Shown: positions 27,143-36,209, counted from the first letter of the stretch. The stretch is DNA of 59,300 nucleotides from Methanobacteriota archaeon (GCA_013290045.1 JABCYU010000001.1:1-59300); one strand, 5' to 3'. Numbers and translations are program-made. Notes: a model not told the origin generated them from the sequence alone.

Positions 27143-27485
27143 GGGAGATTACTCCTACCGGAGGGTGAGAGGACGAGTGGCCGCTTGCCGCCGGCGAAGA
27201 TACCACGCGCCGTGTCCCTTAAGGTCCCCCCCCACCCGCGAGGTGAAACGGCTCGCCGTGGGGCCGTTTCGACGTGGGGGAAGGGACTCCGGAACGCGAG
27301 CGCGGGCACCCTCCACACCCGTTGCGGACCCTCCGGGTCGCGCGTAGCGTGTTCGGCTATATCTGGGATGTGCCGGACTCGCCCGACGGATCTCGCCGCG
27401 GGGGGTTTTTCGCCCGGCCTCGCGCGACGCGCCGCTCGTCAGAGGAACTCGAAGCGCATGCGGGAAACCGTTCGGCAGGAACGGT

Positions 27486-27635
27486 TCACGCGGACGGCGG
27501 AACGGGGAGGAGCCGCATCGTGCACGGCATCGTGACGCCGCACTCCCCGCAGTAGAGCCCTTCCTCGGCGACCCAGAGGAACTCGCCGCACCGGTCGCAC
27601 CGGCGCGGGTCGTCGTTGGAGTACCGGCAGACCAA
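27486..27635 (-). CDS. Small zinc-ribbon protein, 49 aa, TTG start
   Basis: Not in the ORF track. Hand translation gives (L/M)VCRYSNDDPRRCDRCGEFLWVAEEGLYCGECGVTMPCTMRLLPVPPSA. 47 of 49 third positions are G/C. A TATA-like ATATAC (27669-27674) lies upstream and a 7-bp hairpin follows the stop directly. Confidence 0.45.
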   Translation of the reverse strand: MVCRYSNDDPRRCDRCGEFLWVAEEGLYCGECGVTMPCTMRLLPVPPSA

Positions 27636-27706
27636 TAGAACCGCCTCGGCGACTCGGACCGGGTCCGGGTATATGGGGAGTTGGCCGGACCTGCCCCGAA
27701 GAGGCG

Positions 27707-27748
27707 AAAAAAAAGGGAAGGAACCCGCTCCCCGAGGGGAGGGGTTCC
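27707..27748 (-). terminator. Hairpin plus T8 tract terminator downstream of the small basic protein gene
   Basis: The minus strand reads GGAACCC-C-TCCCC-tc-GGGGA-G-C-GGGTTCC (27748-27720), i.e. about 13 bp with one bulge, followed by TTCCC and TTTTTTTT (27714-27707). It begins 22 nt after the stop at 27770. Confidence 0.6.
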
Positions 27749-27769
27749 CGGGAAGGTGGGATGGCCCGA

Positions 27770-27985
27770 TCAGGCGTTCTTCATCCGGGCACGGGAAATG
27801 TACCCCTTCTTGTCCAAGAAGTACATGTAACCGTCCGCCCGGGTGACCTTTTCTGACCCAACCTTAGCTTTCCGGCCTGATTTGTTAAGCTTGGTTGGCG
27901 TTTTCCATAGGTACCCGTCTTTGCCCAGGTAGTACAGGTATCCCTTCTCTCGCGTAATCTGCTCTTTGCCCACACGTTCGGCCAT
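27770..27985 (-). CDS. Small basic protein with two tandem GY(L/M)Y(Y/F)L-x-K-x-GY hairpin-like repeats, 71 aa
   Basis: Translation: MAERVGKEQITREKGYLYYLGKDGYLWKTPTKLNKSGRKAKVGSEKVTRADGYMYFLDKKGYISRARMKNA. The ATG at 27985 is preceded by GGTGAGGT 8 nt upstream. A TATA-like TTCAAATA lies near 28021-28032 and a T8 terminator lies downstream. The gene is visibly less GC-rich than its surroundings. Confidence 0.65.
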   Translation of the reverse strand: MAERVGKEQITREKGYLYYLGKDGYLWKTPTKLNKSGRKAKVGSEKVTRADGYMYFLDKKGYISRARMKNA

Positions 27986-28042
27986 TTTCGGCGACCTCAC
28001 CGGCGAGAAGGAAAGCCCCCCTATTTGAATGTAGGGTCCGAC

Positions 28043-29302
28043 TTACGGCGGTGAAATAGGTATTCCCTGACGATAAACTCGGACCGGAACGGCCCCCCAC
28101 CGGTACCCGATCCCTTCGACGGATCCGGTGTCGAACAGCGCCAGGTCGGCGCTTCGGCCGACGGCGATCTGGCCGGATTCTCCGGCGACACCGATGGCGT
28201 GGGCGGCGTTGACCGTGGCGGCGGTGATCGCCTCGGCCGGCGTGAGGCGGGCGAGATACGAGGCGAACGACAGGACGAGCGGCATCGATTCGATCCACGA
28301 GTTCGGCGAGAGGTCGCTGCCGAGGGCGACGGGGACCCCGGCATCGACCATCGCGCGCCCCGGCGAGTGGCGGGACGTGAGCGAGGCGACGGGGGTCGCG
28401 GGAAGGAGCACCGCGGTCACTCCCGCGCGGGCCAGGGCCGCGCGGTCGTCGTCGGACGCCTCGACGAGGTGGTCGGCCGACCTCACGCCGAGCCGCGCGG
28501 CGAGGGCGGCCCCCCCGCTGACGACGAACTCCTCGGCGTGGATCTTGGTCCCGAGACCGAGCGCCGAGGCGGCGCGGAGCAATCGCTCCGACTGGGCGGG
28601 CGTGAAGAATCCGGGCTCGCAGAAGACGTCGCAGAACGCCGCGAGATGGCGCCGAGCGATCTCGGGGAGGGTGCGACGGATCATGCGATCGATGTACTCG
28701 TCGGCGCGGCCCGCGTACTCCGGCGGCACCGCGTGGGCGCCGAGGAAGGTCGGGACGATCCGGATCCCGGAGCGACGGGCGAGCCGCGGCATGAGCTCGA
28801 GGAGCCGGATCTCGCCGAGGTGGTTGAGCGCGTAGCCGCTCTTCACCTCGACGCAGGTGGCGCCGTTCGCGGCCATCCGGGCGAGGCGCTGGTCGGTCTC
28901 GGCGATGAGCGTGGCGTCGGAGGCCCGACGCGTCGCGCGCACCGTCGAATACATCCCACCGCCCTCCCGGGCGATCTCCGAGTAGGTCGAACCCTGGATC
29001 TTGAGGGCCAGCTCGCCGTGACGATCACCGGCGAACAGGGCGTGGGTATGGGCGTCGACGAACCCCGGCACCCCGACCGCGCCCCGGGCATCCCATTCGG
29101 ACCCGCCGGCCCGGAGCCGGACCTCCCGACGGGCGGCGCGTTCGGTGCCCACGAACACGAACCGCCCCTGGTCGACCGCCACCGCCGCGTGATCGATGAC
29201 GGTGAGCTCGCGCATCGCGGCCCCCACCCGCGGCACGCCTCCGCCCGTCAGCGTCGCGAGCTCACGGACCCCCACGACGAGGAGGCCGGCGCGGACCGTC
29301 AT
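28043..29302 (-). CDS. hutI: Imidazolonepropionase (amidohydrolase superfamily)
   Basis: 419 aa, the in-frame 3' part of track ORF 28043..30337. Contains GFVDAHTHALFAGDR...STYSEIAREGGGMYSTVRATR...VEVKSGY...TFLGAHAVPPEY...FCDVFCEPGFF...KIHAEEF...SADHL...GSDLSPNS. The ATG at 29302 overlaps the rnz stop. Confidence 0.85.
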   Translation of the reverse strand: MTVRAGLLVVGVRELATLTGGGVPRVGAAMRELTVIDHAAVAVDQGRFVFVGTERAARREVRLRAGGSEWDARGAVGVPGFVDAHTHALFAGDRHGELALKIQGSTYSEIAREGGGMYSTVRATRRASDATLIAETDQRLARMAANGATCVEVKSGYALNHLGEIRLLELMPRLARRSGIRIVPTFLGAHAVPPEYAGRADEYIDRMIRRTLPEIARRHLAAFCDVFCEPGFFTPAQSERLLRAASALGLGTKIHAEEFVVSGGAALAARLGVRSADHLVEASDDDRAALARAGVTAVLLPATPVASLTSRHSPGRAMVDAGVPVALGSDLSPNSWIESMPLVLSFASYLARLTPAEAITAATVNAAHAIGVAGESGQIAVGRSADLALFDTGSVEGIGYRWGAVPVRVYRQGIPISPP

Positions 29303-30201
29303 GGCTGCCGGATCAGATGGTCGAGGAGGTCGCGTGCCGTATTGGCCCCGGGGTAGACCGCCCGGGCCTCGGCCTCGAGCGGTTCCAGCTCCTTGTACCG
29401 GGACGAGAAGTGGGTCAGGTAGAGCGAGTCGACCTCCGCGTCGCGCGCCAGTGCCGCGGCCTGCCGCGCCGAGGAGTGACCCCATCGGTTCGCTTCCTGT
29501 TCGAGCTCCTGACCGGTCGTCGCTTCGTGGATGAGCAGGGTGGCCCGGCGGGCGAGGTCGCGGATCGACTCGGTCGGGGAACTGTCCCCCGAGTAGACGA
29601 CCGAGCGGCCCGCCCGCGCCGGGCCCATGACGTCCTCCGGCCGCACCACGTGGTCGCCGACGGTGACCGATTCCCCGGCCTCGAGCTGGCCGAACGCCGC
29701 CCCCTTGATCCCCAGCGCGCGGGCCTTCGGCCCGTCGAACCGGCCTCGCCGCGGTCCCTCGTCCACGCGGAAGGCCACGGAGGGGACCGGATGCTCCGCC
29801 TTGGCGGTCCGCACGGTGTACCCCGGGAGCTCGACCGATTCGCCGGCGCTCATCGGGTGGATCTCGACCGGGAAGCGGAGCGTGAAGTAGCCGAGCTCGA
29901 GGACCCGCTGCACGATCTCCTTCGTGTCCGATGGACCGTAGATGTCGAGCGGCTCGGTCCGATTGTTGAGGCACATGCTCTGGATGAGCCCCGGGAGCCC
30001 GAGGAAGTGATCCCCGTGGAAATGCGTGAGGAAGACGCGGCGCACCCGCATGAACGACTTCGAGGAGTGGAAGAACTGGCGCTGGGTGCCTTCCCCGCAG
30101 TCGAGCAGGATCAGCTCGCGCTCGAGGTCGAGGGCGATCGCGCTGGCCGAACGCTCCTTCGTCGGCCACGAACCGGCCGTCCCAAGGAACGTCACCTCCA
30201 T
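29299..30201 (-). CDS. rnz: Ribonuclease Z (tRNA 3' endonuclease, metallo-beta-lactamase fold)
   Basis: 300 aa with MEVTFLGTAGSWPTKERSASAIAL...LLDCGEGTQRQ...FLTHFHGDHFLGLPGLIQSM. Confidence 0.9.
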   Translation of the reverse strand: MEVTFLGTAGSWPTKERSASAIALDLERELILLDCGEGTQRQFFHSSKSFMRVRRVFLTHFHGDHFLGLPGLIQSMCLNNRTEPLDIYGPSDTKEIVQRVLELGYFTLRFPVEIHPMSAGESVELPGYTVRTAKAEHPVPSVAFRVDEGPRRGRFDGPKARALGIKGAAFGQLEAGESVTVGDHVVRPEDVMGPARAGRSVVYSGDSSPTESIRDLARRATLLIHEATTGQELEQEANRWGHSSARQAAALARDAEVDSLYLTHFSSRYKELEPLEAEARAVYPGANTARDLLDHLIRQP

Positions 30202-30299
30202 GGAGTCGGGGGAGACCGGAGCGGCTTAATGAGGGACCCGGCCAGCGCCCGCGGTCCCGGGTAAAGCGGATGTAGGCTGCCCGACCTCGGGCGGAAGTC

Positions 30300-31406
30300 A
30301 TGGTCGACTGGGCGGCCGTCGACGCGCTCCGGGCCAAGGGGTATGACTGGGAGCGGATCGCGGCCGATCCCAGCGTCCGGTTCCGACCACCCGGCGACCC
30401 GACCCCGGGGGCGACGCTCCGGGCCCGCTACTACCGGAGGTCGAGCGTCCGGGAGGCGGTGCTGCCGGGCGACCGGTTACCCGAACCCACCCCCACCGAC
30501 CCGCCACGACGCTGGGGGATGGTCCGGATCGGGTTCCTCCTGGCCCCGTGGTTCGGGGTCTGGGCGCTCCTCGCCTTCGTCGCCCCGTCCCCGATCGGCA
30601 CGTATCTCGCGGCCCTACCGATCCTCGCGCTCCTGTTCGCGGTCGCGGCCGGGGTCCTCTTCTTCGGCCTTTGGCGCGCCATCGAACGCTGGAACTCGGT
30701 GTATCGACGGACCCTCACCGTCGGCCTCGTCGGCGGTCTGGTGGCGGCCGGCGCGCTTGGCGGGGTGGCGTTCGCCGAGGGTTGCCCCTATCTCACCCCG
30801 ATCACGAGCGACGCCCCCGCGGGTTGGATCCATGCCTCCAACCCCGTGTGGTCATCGGGCGGGGCGCCCATCCTGTTCTTCTACGGCTCCGCGGCCTGTC
30901 CGTACTGCTCGGCCTCGAGCTGGGCGATCGCGGGAGCGTTGGTTAAGTTCGGGCCCCTCGCCGGGATCGGATTCGGTCATTCCAGCCCGACGGACGTCTT
31001 CCCCAACACCCCCGAGCTCCTCCTCTCGAACGTCACGATCTCGAGCCCGTTCGTCGCGCTCGACGTGCGCGAAGGGACCGACCAGAACCAGATCACCGTC
31101 CCGCCGACCGCCCACTGCATCGAGCAGGGCTACCTCAGCGCGTACGATCCGGCCGGCACGATACCGTTCGTCGCCGTCGGGGGCGTGTACATCCACGCCT
31201 CGACGCTCGTCGACCCCTCCGCGCTCGCCGGCGTGAGCGCGGGGTCGTTGGAGCAACAGGTCACGAACGAATCCGGGCCGCAGTGGGGGGCGATCGCGCC
31301 CTCGGCGTTCCTCCTGATGGCGCTCTTGGTCCAGCTCGACCACGGTCAGCCGGCGGCCGTCGCGCAGCTACCCGGGGTCGCTGCCGACCTCCGCCAGCTC
31401 GGGTAG
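30300..31406 (+). CDS. DUF929-like membrane protein with a thioredoxin-like CPYC motif
   Basis: 368 aa with several TM helices, then ILFFYGSAACPYCSASSWAIAGALVKFGPL...SSPTDVFPNTPE. Confidence 0.75.
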   Translation: MVDWAAVDALRAKGYDWERIAADPSVRFRPPGDPTPGATLRARYYRRSSVREAVLPGDRLPEPTPTDPPRRWGMVRIGFLLAPWFGVWALLAFVAPSPIGTYLAALPILALLFAVAAGVLFFGLWRAIERWNSVYRRTLTVGLVGGLVAAGALGGVAFAEGCPYLTPITSDAPAGWIHASNPVWSSGGAPILFFYGSAACPYCSASSWAIAGALVKFGPLAGIGFGHSSPTDVFPNTPELLLSNVTISSPFVALDVREGTDQNQITVPPTAHCIEQGYLSAYDPAGTIPFVAVGGVYIHASTLVDPSALAGVSAGSLEQQVTNESGPQWGAIAPSAFLLMALLVQLDHGQPAAVAQLPGVAADLRQLG

Positions 31407-32150
31407 CGGAGGCCATCGAGAGGCGCCCGATTTGCCGCGGTTCTTCTTCGTGAACGGGTGGGCGGCGGAGTTGCGGCGGCGGGTGTCCTCCTCCCCCACG
31501 ATCTGGTTCGCGTGGCGGATCGCCCGGACCTCTTGGGCGAACTTCTCCAGGTGGTCCCCGCGGATCCCGATGACCATCTGGTCGTCGCCCATCTGGGTGT
31601 AGATCCGCGAGCCGACGCAGGCCGTCGAGATCGCGACGGGGGCGCCGGCGTTGAGGGTCGGGACGATCGCGCACATAGGTCGACCGTTCATGGGGACGGG
31701 GCCCTTGGCCGCCTCCACGGCGAGCATCGCGGATTTCGGTCGCGCGAAGATCAGCACGCTGGTCGGCGGCATCGGGAGCGAGCCCAGCGGACCGTACGCC
31801 ACGTACTTCGGGGCCTTCGGATTGTGCGGGACCTTCGCCTCCTCGCCGGGGAGCAGGTATCCCTCCTTCTGCATCATGCCGATCATCGACATCAGGGCCG
31901 CGCCTTTTTCCCCCTCGGGGGGGATCCCGAGGACGAAGGCGCCGATCTCGCACGCCTCGTGGCCCTTCATCCCCGAGTAGAACGGCGTCTGCTGCCCCTC
32001 GGCGAAGAAAGTGCAGACGGAGGGAGCGCCTCCGGGATGCTCTTTCACTCCGGCCGGGGGATCGTCGAGGTACGAGATCTGGATCGGGGTCCCGGTGAGC
32101 TCGAGGTCGGCTTTCAACTGGTCGGCGATCTGGTGAAGCTTACCCGGCAT
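31368..32150 (-). CDS. DUF169 (COG2043) family protein
   Basis: 260 aa starting MPGKLHQIADQLKADLELTGTPIQISYLDD...VCTFFAEGQQ...HEACEIGAFVLGI. The longer track ORF (to 32297) would run through the atpK TATA box, so the ATG at 32150 is preferred. Confidence 0.8.
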   Translation of the reverse strand: MPGKLHQIADQLKADLELTGTPIQISYLDDPPAGVKEHPGGAPSVCTFFAEGQQTPFYSGMKGHEACEIGAFVLGIPPEGEKGAALMSMIGMMQKEGYLLPGEEAKVPHNPKAPKYVAYGPLGSLPMPPTSVLIFARPKSAMLAVEAAKGPVPMNGRPMCAIVPTLNAGAPVAISTACVGSRIYTQMGDDQMVIGIRGDHLEKFAQEVRAIRHANQIVGEEDTRRRNSAAHPFTKKNRGKSGASRWPPLPELAEVGSDPG

Positions 32151-32260
32151 GGCGACCGTCGAGGTTCGGGGGCTATTCAGGGTTTCCGGGGCCGGAGCGA
32201 GGCGGGGGAGCGCCGACCCACCGTGCCCGCACCGGTCGGGGGGAATCGGGGGGTCGCGCG

Positions 32261-32267
32261 TTATATA
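32261..32267 (+). promoter_or_regulatory. TATA box TTATATA upstream of atpK
   Basis: Read directly, 36-42 nt upstream of the ATG at 32303. Confidence 0.45.
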
Positions 32268-32302
32268 CCCGACCTTTCTCGGCGGCGCGGGAGACATCTC
32301 AG

Positions 32303-32521
32303 ATGACGGATCCGACCCTCTCGCTGGCCGCCGGAATCGCGATCGCAGGAGGCCTGATCGGGACGGGGATGGCCCAGTCCGGTATCGGCGCCGCGGGCAT
32401 GGGGATCATCGCCGAGAAGCCGGAGAAGTTCGGGCAGGTCCTCTTCTTCTTCGTTATCCCCGAAACCCTGTGGATCATCGGATTCGTGCTGGGGATCATC
32501 CTGCTGCTGGGCATCCTGTAG
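32303..32521 (+). CDS. atpK: A-type ATP synthase proteolipid subunit K (c)
   Basis: 72 aa forming two hydrophobic helices: GIAIAGGLIGTGMAQSGIGAAGMG...FFFVIPETLWIIGFVLGIILL. The carboxylate sits in the PET motif. Confidence 0.9.
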   Translation: MTDPTLSLAAGIAIAGGLIGTGMAQSGIGAAGMGIIAEKPEKFGQVLFFFVIPETLWIIGFVLGIILLLGIL

Positions 32522-32543
32522 GCCCTCGTCGAGGTCGACCCCG

Positions 32544-33098
32544 ATGCCGCTCGAGCGCCTGGTCGAGGAGATCCGATCGCGCGCCGAGCAGGAGCTCGAA
32601 CGCGAGCGAAGCCGCATCGAGGGCGAGAAATCGAAGATCGCCGCGGACCGGGATCGACGGATCGCCGAGCTGCGCGCCGAGGGTAGCCGGCTCACCGAGA
32701 TCGAATCGGCCCGCGACCGCGCCCAGCGGCTCGCCGCGGCGAAGCTCCAGGCCCGCAAGCTCCAGTACGAGGCCCAGGAACGCCAGGTCGCCGCCACGCT
32801 CGGCCAGGCCCGCCAGCTGCTCGCCGACTACACCAAGAGCCCCGAGTACGCCCAGGTCCTGAAGCGGATGTTCGCCGTCGCCGCCGACCAGTTGGGCCGG
32901 CAGCTTAGGGTCACCGGTCGCGCCGAGGACGCCGCACTGCTGAAGACCGTCGCCGGCAAGAGCTTCGACCCGACCCCGATCCCGATCCTGGGCGGCCTCG
33001 TCGCCGAGACCCCGGACGGCACGCGCCGGCTCACGCTGACGTTCGACGAACTCTCCCGGCTCCGCGAGGACAAGGTCCGCGCGCTCCTCGCCGCCTAG
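32544..33098 (+). CDS. atpE: A-type ATP synthase subunit E
   Basis: 184 aa. It has a charged coiled-coil N-terminus and a globular C-terminus, and lies between atpK and atpC. Confidence 0.85.
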   Translation: MPLERLVEEIRSRAEQELERERSRIEGEKSKIAADRDRRIAELRAEGSRLTEIESARDRAQRLAAAKLQARKLQYEAQERQVAATLGQARQLLADYTKSPEYAQVLKRMFAVAADQLGRQLRVTGRAEDAALLKTVAGKSFDPTPIPILGGLVAETPDGTRRLTLTFDELSRLREDKVRALLAA

Positions 33099-33111
33099 GC
33101 GGGGACATCCG

Positions 33112-34188
33112 ATGACCGGGTTTGCGTACGCCAGCGCCCTCGGGCGGCTGAAACCGCAGTTCCCGGCGTTCCTCCCGAAGGAGTTCTACTCGACCCTCAC
33201 GGGGGCGAAGGACCTCAACGAGATCACGAAGCTCCTGGAGGGGACCGCCTACGGGCCGGAGATCGCCCGGGCCGCCAGCCAGTACAAGGGCGCCCCCCTG
33301 CTCGAGGTCGCGATCAACCGGGCGTTCGTCCACCGGAACCGGACCGCCTACGAGTCGGCCCCGTTCGCCGGCCGCGGGGTCGTCGGCGCCTACCTGAAGC
33401 GCTGGGACACCCAGAACATCGGGCTCATCCTGTCGTCGAAGGCCCTCGGCCGCTCCGTCACCGAGGCCGAGCTGTTCCTCGTGTCGAGCCGCGAGATCCC
33501 GGCCGGGTTGTTCGCCGGGGCGATGACGATCGACGACTTCCGCCTCCTCCTCCAGCAACCGACGCTCGACGCCGTCGCCCAGAACCTGGTCCGGTTCGGC
33601 TACGGGAGCGTGCTCCTCCCGCTGATGGAGGCGTACGGACGGACCCACGACATCTTCCCCCTCCTCCTCGCCCTCGACCGGGACTACTACGCGCGCCTCC
33701 TCGAGACGAGCCGGTTCTACCAGGGCGACGAATGGACCGTCCGACTGTTCATCCAGAGCGAGATCGACGTCCGCAACGCGCTCCTCGTGCTGAAGGGGAA
33801 GGCCGGGGGCCTTCCGGTCGACGTCGTGCAGGAACGGTTCCTGCCGGGGGGGACCCTGCCGGCCTCCGCCGTCCCCGAGCTCTACTCGGCCCGCGCGGTC
33901 CCCGAACTCGTCCAGGCGCTCGAACCCCGCTTCCCGACGCTCTCCGAGGGGAATCCCCTCTACGCGGCCGACCACAGCCTCACCGGCTTCGAGGCCGAGC
34001 TCCTTCGTGACCGGGCGGTTCGGGAGCTCAAGCGGCTGAAATCCTACCCCCTCTCGCTGTCGGTGATCTTCACCTACCTGTTGATCTCCGAGCTCGAACG
34101 GACGGACCTTCGTCGGATCATCTACGGCAAGGTCTACAACTTCGATCCGAACACCGTCGCGGGCCTGCTCGTGGTCCCGAGGATCTGA
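33112..34188 (+). CDS. atpC: A-type ATP synthase subunit C (V-type d homolog)
   Basis: 358 aa with MTGFAYASALGRLKPQFPAFLPKEFY...YLKRWDTQNIGLILSSK...VRNALLVLKGK. Confidence 0.9.
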   Translation: MTGFAYASALGRLKPQFPAFLPKEFYSTLTGAKDLNEITKLLEGTAYGPEIARAASQYKGAPLLEVAINRAFVHRNRTAYESAPFAGRGVVGAYLKRWDTQNIGLILSSKALGRSVTEAELFLVSSREIPAGLFAGAMTIDDFRLLLQQPTLDAVAQNLVRFGYGSVLLPLMEAYGRTHDIFPLLLALDRDYYARLLETSRFYQGDEWTVRLFIQSEIDVRNALLVLKGKAGGLPVDVVQERFLPGGTLPASAVPELYSARAVPELVQALEPRFPTLSEGNPLYAADHSLTGFEAELLRDRAVRELKRLKSYPLSLSVIFTYLLISELERTDLRRIIYGKVYNFDPNTVAGLLVVPRI

Positions 34189-34235
34189 GTTCGACGAACC
34201 TCCGGTGGGGTCCCCCCCGTGGGGCCCCGGGAGCT

Positions 34236-36206
34236 CTACGATCGGGCCGGAGGCGCCGCGGCGGCCGGCGACGGGCTCGTGTGGCGCCGCGAGGAGCCGA
34301 ACGGGCGGAACTCCTTGCCGTTGCCGCTGTAGAACTTCGAGAAGTACTCGACGAAGATCAGCCGCGCCCCCTGGATGCCGGGCTCGAAGACCCCGAGGAT
34401 GATGTTGAACATCTCGATGACGATGATGATGACGGCCCCGGCGATGAACCCGGCGACGCCGTGGGCCGGATAGAGGAGACCGGCGACGGTGAACGCGACG
34501 ACGGTGAGGATCACCGAGGCGAGCAGGATCCCCACGAGCCGGGTGTACGAGAGGACGTGGCTCACCACCTCGAGGAGGCCGAGCCCGCCCTCCTGGGCCC
34601 CGAGGCCGACCGGCATCAGGATCCCTCCGGCCACCAGGACCCCGAAGATGAGGGCGTTGACCGCCGTCAGCGGGGAGAAGGTGAAGGTGTGCCGGATGAC
34701 GCCCAGGCCGAGGAACGCGACCCCGAACGCGAAGAGGATCCCGCCGACCTTCCCCATCGCGCCGAGCAGGTGGTGGTGGTAGTACTCCTTGATGGCGCCC
34801 AGGAGGAAGCCGAAGGAGACCATGGCGAGACCCACGTAGCCGGTCAGCAGCAGCAGCTGGGAGGCACCGGCCTTGCTCGCCGGGTCGATGAACGGGGTCG
34901 GGAGGAGGTGGTAGCCGAAGAACTCGTTGAAGACGAGCCCGACGCCGATCGCGACGAGGCAGCCCGGGACCAGGGCGTAGGCGAGGGAGCGCATCGAGCT
35001 CGGCCCCATGATCCGTTTGAGGAAGCTGCGCAGGAACGACGGGACGTGGTGCCCTCCGGGGAAGCCGGCGATCATCCACAGCGAGATTCCCAGGATCGTG
35101 AGGCCGTAGCCCCAGTCGCCCAGCATCAGCCCGAAGAAGATCGGGAAGACGACGGCGAAGACGAACGTCGGGTCGAACTCGGAGGCCGTCGGGAGCGAGT
35201 AGAACCGGATGAAGAACTCGAAGCGGCGCACGCCGGGAGGGTTGTCCATCAGCGTCGGCGGCTCCTCGTGGGTCTCGAGCTCGTAGACGAGGGCGCGGCC
35301 CTGGGTCGCCCCGACGAGCAACCGTTCCACCTCCGCCATACGTCGGCGCGGGATCCACGCCTCGAGCGTGAACGTGCTGCGTCCGGCGGCGAGCTTCGTG
35401 TAGATGTCGAGCTTGCGGGATTCGATGGAGAGCGCCTCCTCGATCGACGCGACGTGGGGGTACCACTGGGCCGAGATCTCCGCCAGGCGGGCCCGGATCT
35501 GCGCGAGCCGACCGTCGACCGTCGCGAGCTCCGCGGTCACCGTCGGGAGGACCTCGGAGATCGTCCCCGAATAGCGCGGCGCGGCGACGAGGGTGACGCC
35601 CCGCTGCTGCGCGAGCCGGCTCACCGCCTCGGCCTGCTCGGCCCGGACGGCGAGGATGAACCGGACGTTGGCCCCGACGGACGATTCGAGGAACATCGCC
35701 TCGGAGAGGGCGGGCGTCTCCGAGCGAAGCCGGGCGAAGACGTCGGCCGGAGCTTCCCCGAAGAACGCGAGGACACTTCTGGCCGTCAGGACCTCGAGCC
35801 GCTCCGGATAGAACCGGAACCGTTCGAACAGATCGAGGTCGTCGGTGAGCGACTTGCGGCGCGTCAAGAGGGCGTCCTCCTCGCGCTTCAGCGCCCCGAC
35901 CTCGTCGTCGACGGGGACGACGTGGGCCTCGGCGAGCACCGCGGCGAGTTCGTCGAACCGGCGCGGCTGGGGGACCGGCGTCGGCGGCAGCGCCGACTTC
36001 AGGCCCCGGAACCGCACCAGCTGGTCGCCGACGGTCCGCTGGAGGTCGCTGGCCCGCTCCGGCTCGAGGACCTGGAGCGCCTCCTTCCCGACCGGTTCGA
36101 CCTGGGCGACCCCCAGGTCGTAGAGGATCGAGAGGATCCGGTCCCGGTCGTCCTTGAGGCCGACGACGGCGACCTTCGCCATCGCGACGGGGCGCAGGAA
36201 GGACAC
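34236..36206 (-). CDS. atpI: A-type ATP synthase subunit I (a)
   Basis: 656 aa. It has a soluble N-terminal half and a polytopic C-terminal half carrying SHVLSYTRLVGILLAS with the conserved Arg. Confidence 0.9.
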   Translation of the reverse strand: MSFLRPVAMAKVAVVGLKDDRDRILSILYDLGVAQVEPVGKEALQVLEPERASDLQRTVGDQLVRFRGLKSALPPTPVPQPRRFDELAAVLAEAHVVPVDDEVGALKREEDALLTRRKSLTDDLDLFERFRFYPERLEVLTARSVLAFFGEAPADVFARLRSETPALSEAMFLESSVGANVRFILAVRAEQAEAVSRLAQQRGVTLVAAPRYSGTISEVLPTVTAELATVDGRLAQIRARLAEISAQWYPHVASIEEALSIESRKLDIYTKLAAGRSTFTLEAWIPRRRMAEVERLLVGATQGRALVYELETHEEPPTLMDNPPGVRRFEFFIRFYSLPTASEFDPTFVFAVVFPIFFGLMLGDWGYGLTILGISLWMIAGFPGGHHVPSFLRSFLKRIMGPSSMRSLAYALVPGCLVAIGVGLVFNEFFGYHLLPTPFIDPASKAGASQLLLLTGYVGLAMVSFGFLLGAIKEYYHHHLLGAMGKVGGILFAFGVAFLGLGVIRHTFTFSPLTAVNALIFGVLVAGGILMPVGLGAQEGGLGLLEVVSHVLSYTRLVGILLASVILTVVAFTVAGLLYPAHGVAGFIAGAVIIIVIEMFNIILGVFEPGIQGARLIFVEYFSKFYSGNGKEFRPFGSSRRHTSPSPAAAAPPARS

Positions 36207-36209
36207 CGA

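Noticed and set aside
27143-27490. Cobalamin riboswitch upstream of the B12-dependent nrdJ
   Set aside because: I could not find the B12-box or the conserved GCCACTG-type core in the correct orientation; only loose resemblances appear (GCCACTC, and GGTGAAA on the wrong strand). I keep it only as an unclassified structured leader.
24132-27535. Long ORFs 24132..27206 (minus, 1024 aa) and 25181..27535 (plus, 784 aa) overlapping nrdJ
   Set aside because: These are alternative-frame and antisense shadows of the class II RNR gene. Their translations are low-complexity and carry no recognisable motifs.
31368-32297. Long version (309 aa) of the DUF169 gene starting at 32297
   Set aside because: The extra 49 codons are Pro/Arg-rich and would span the atpK TATA box and promoter. 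Homology-like sequence begins at the ATG at 32150.
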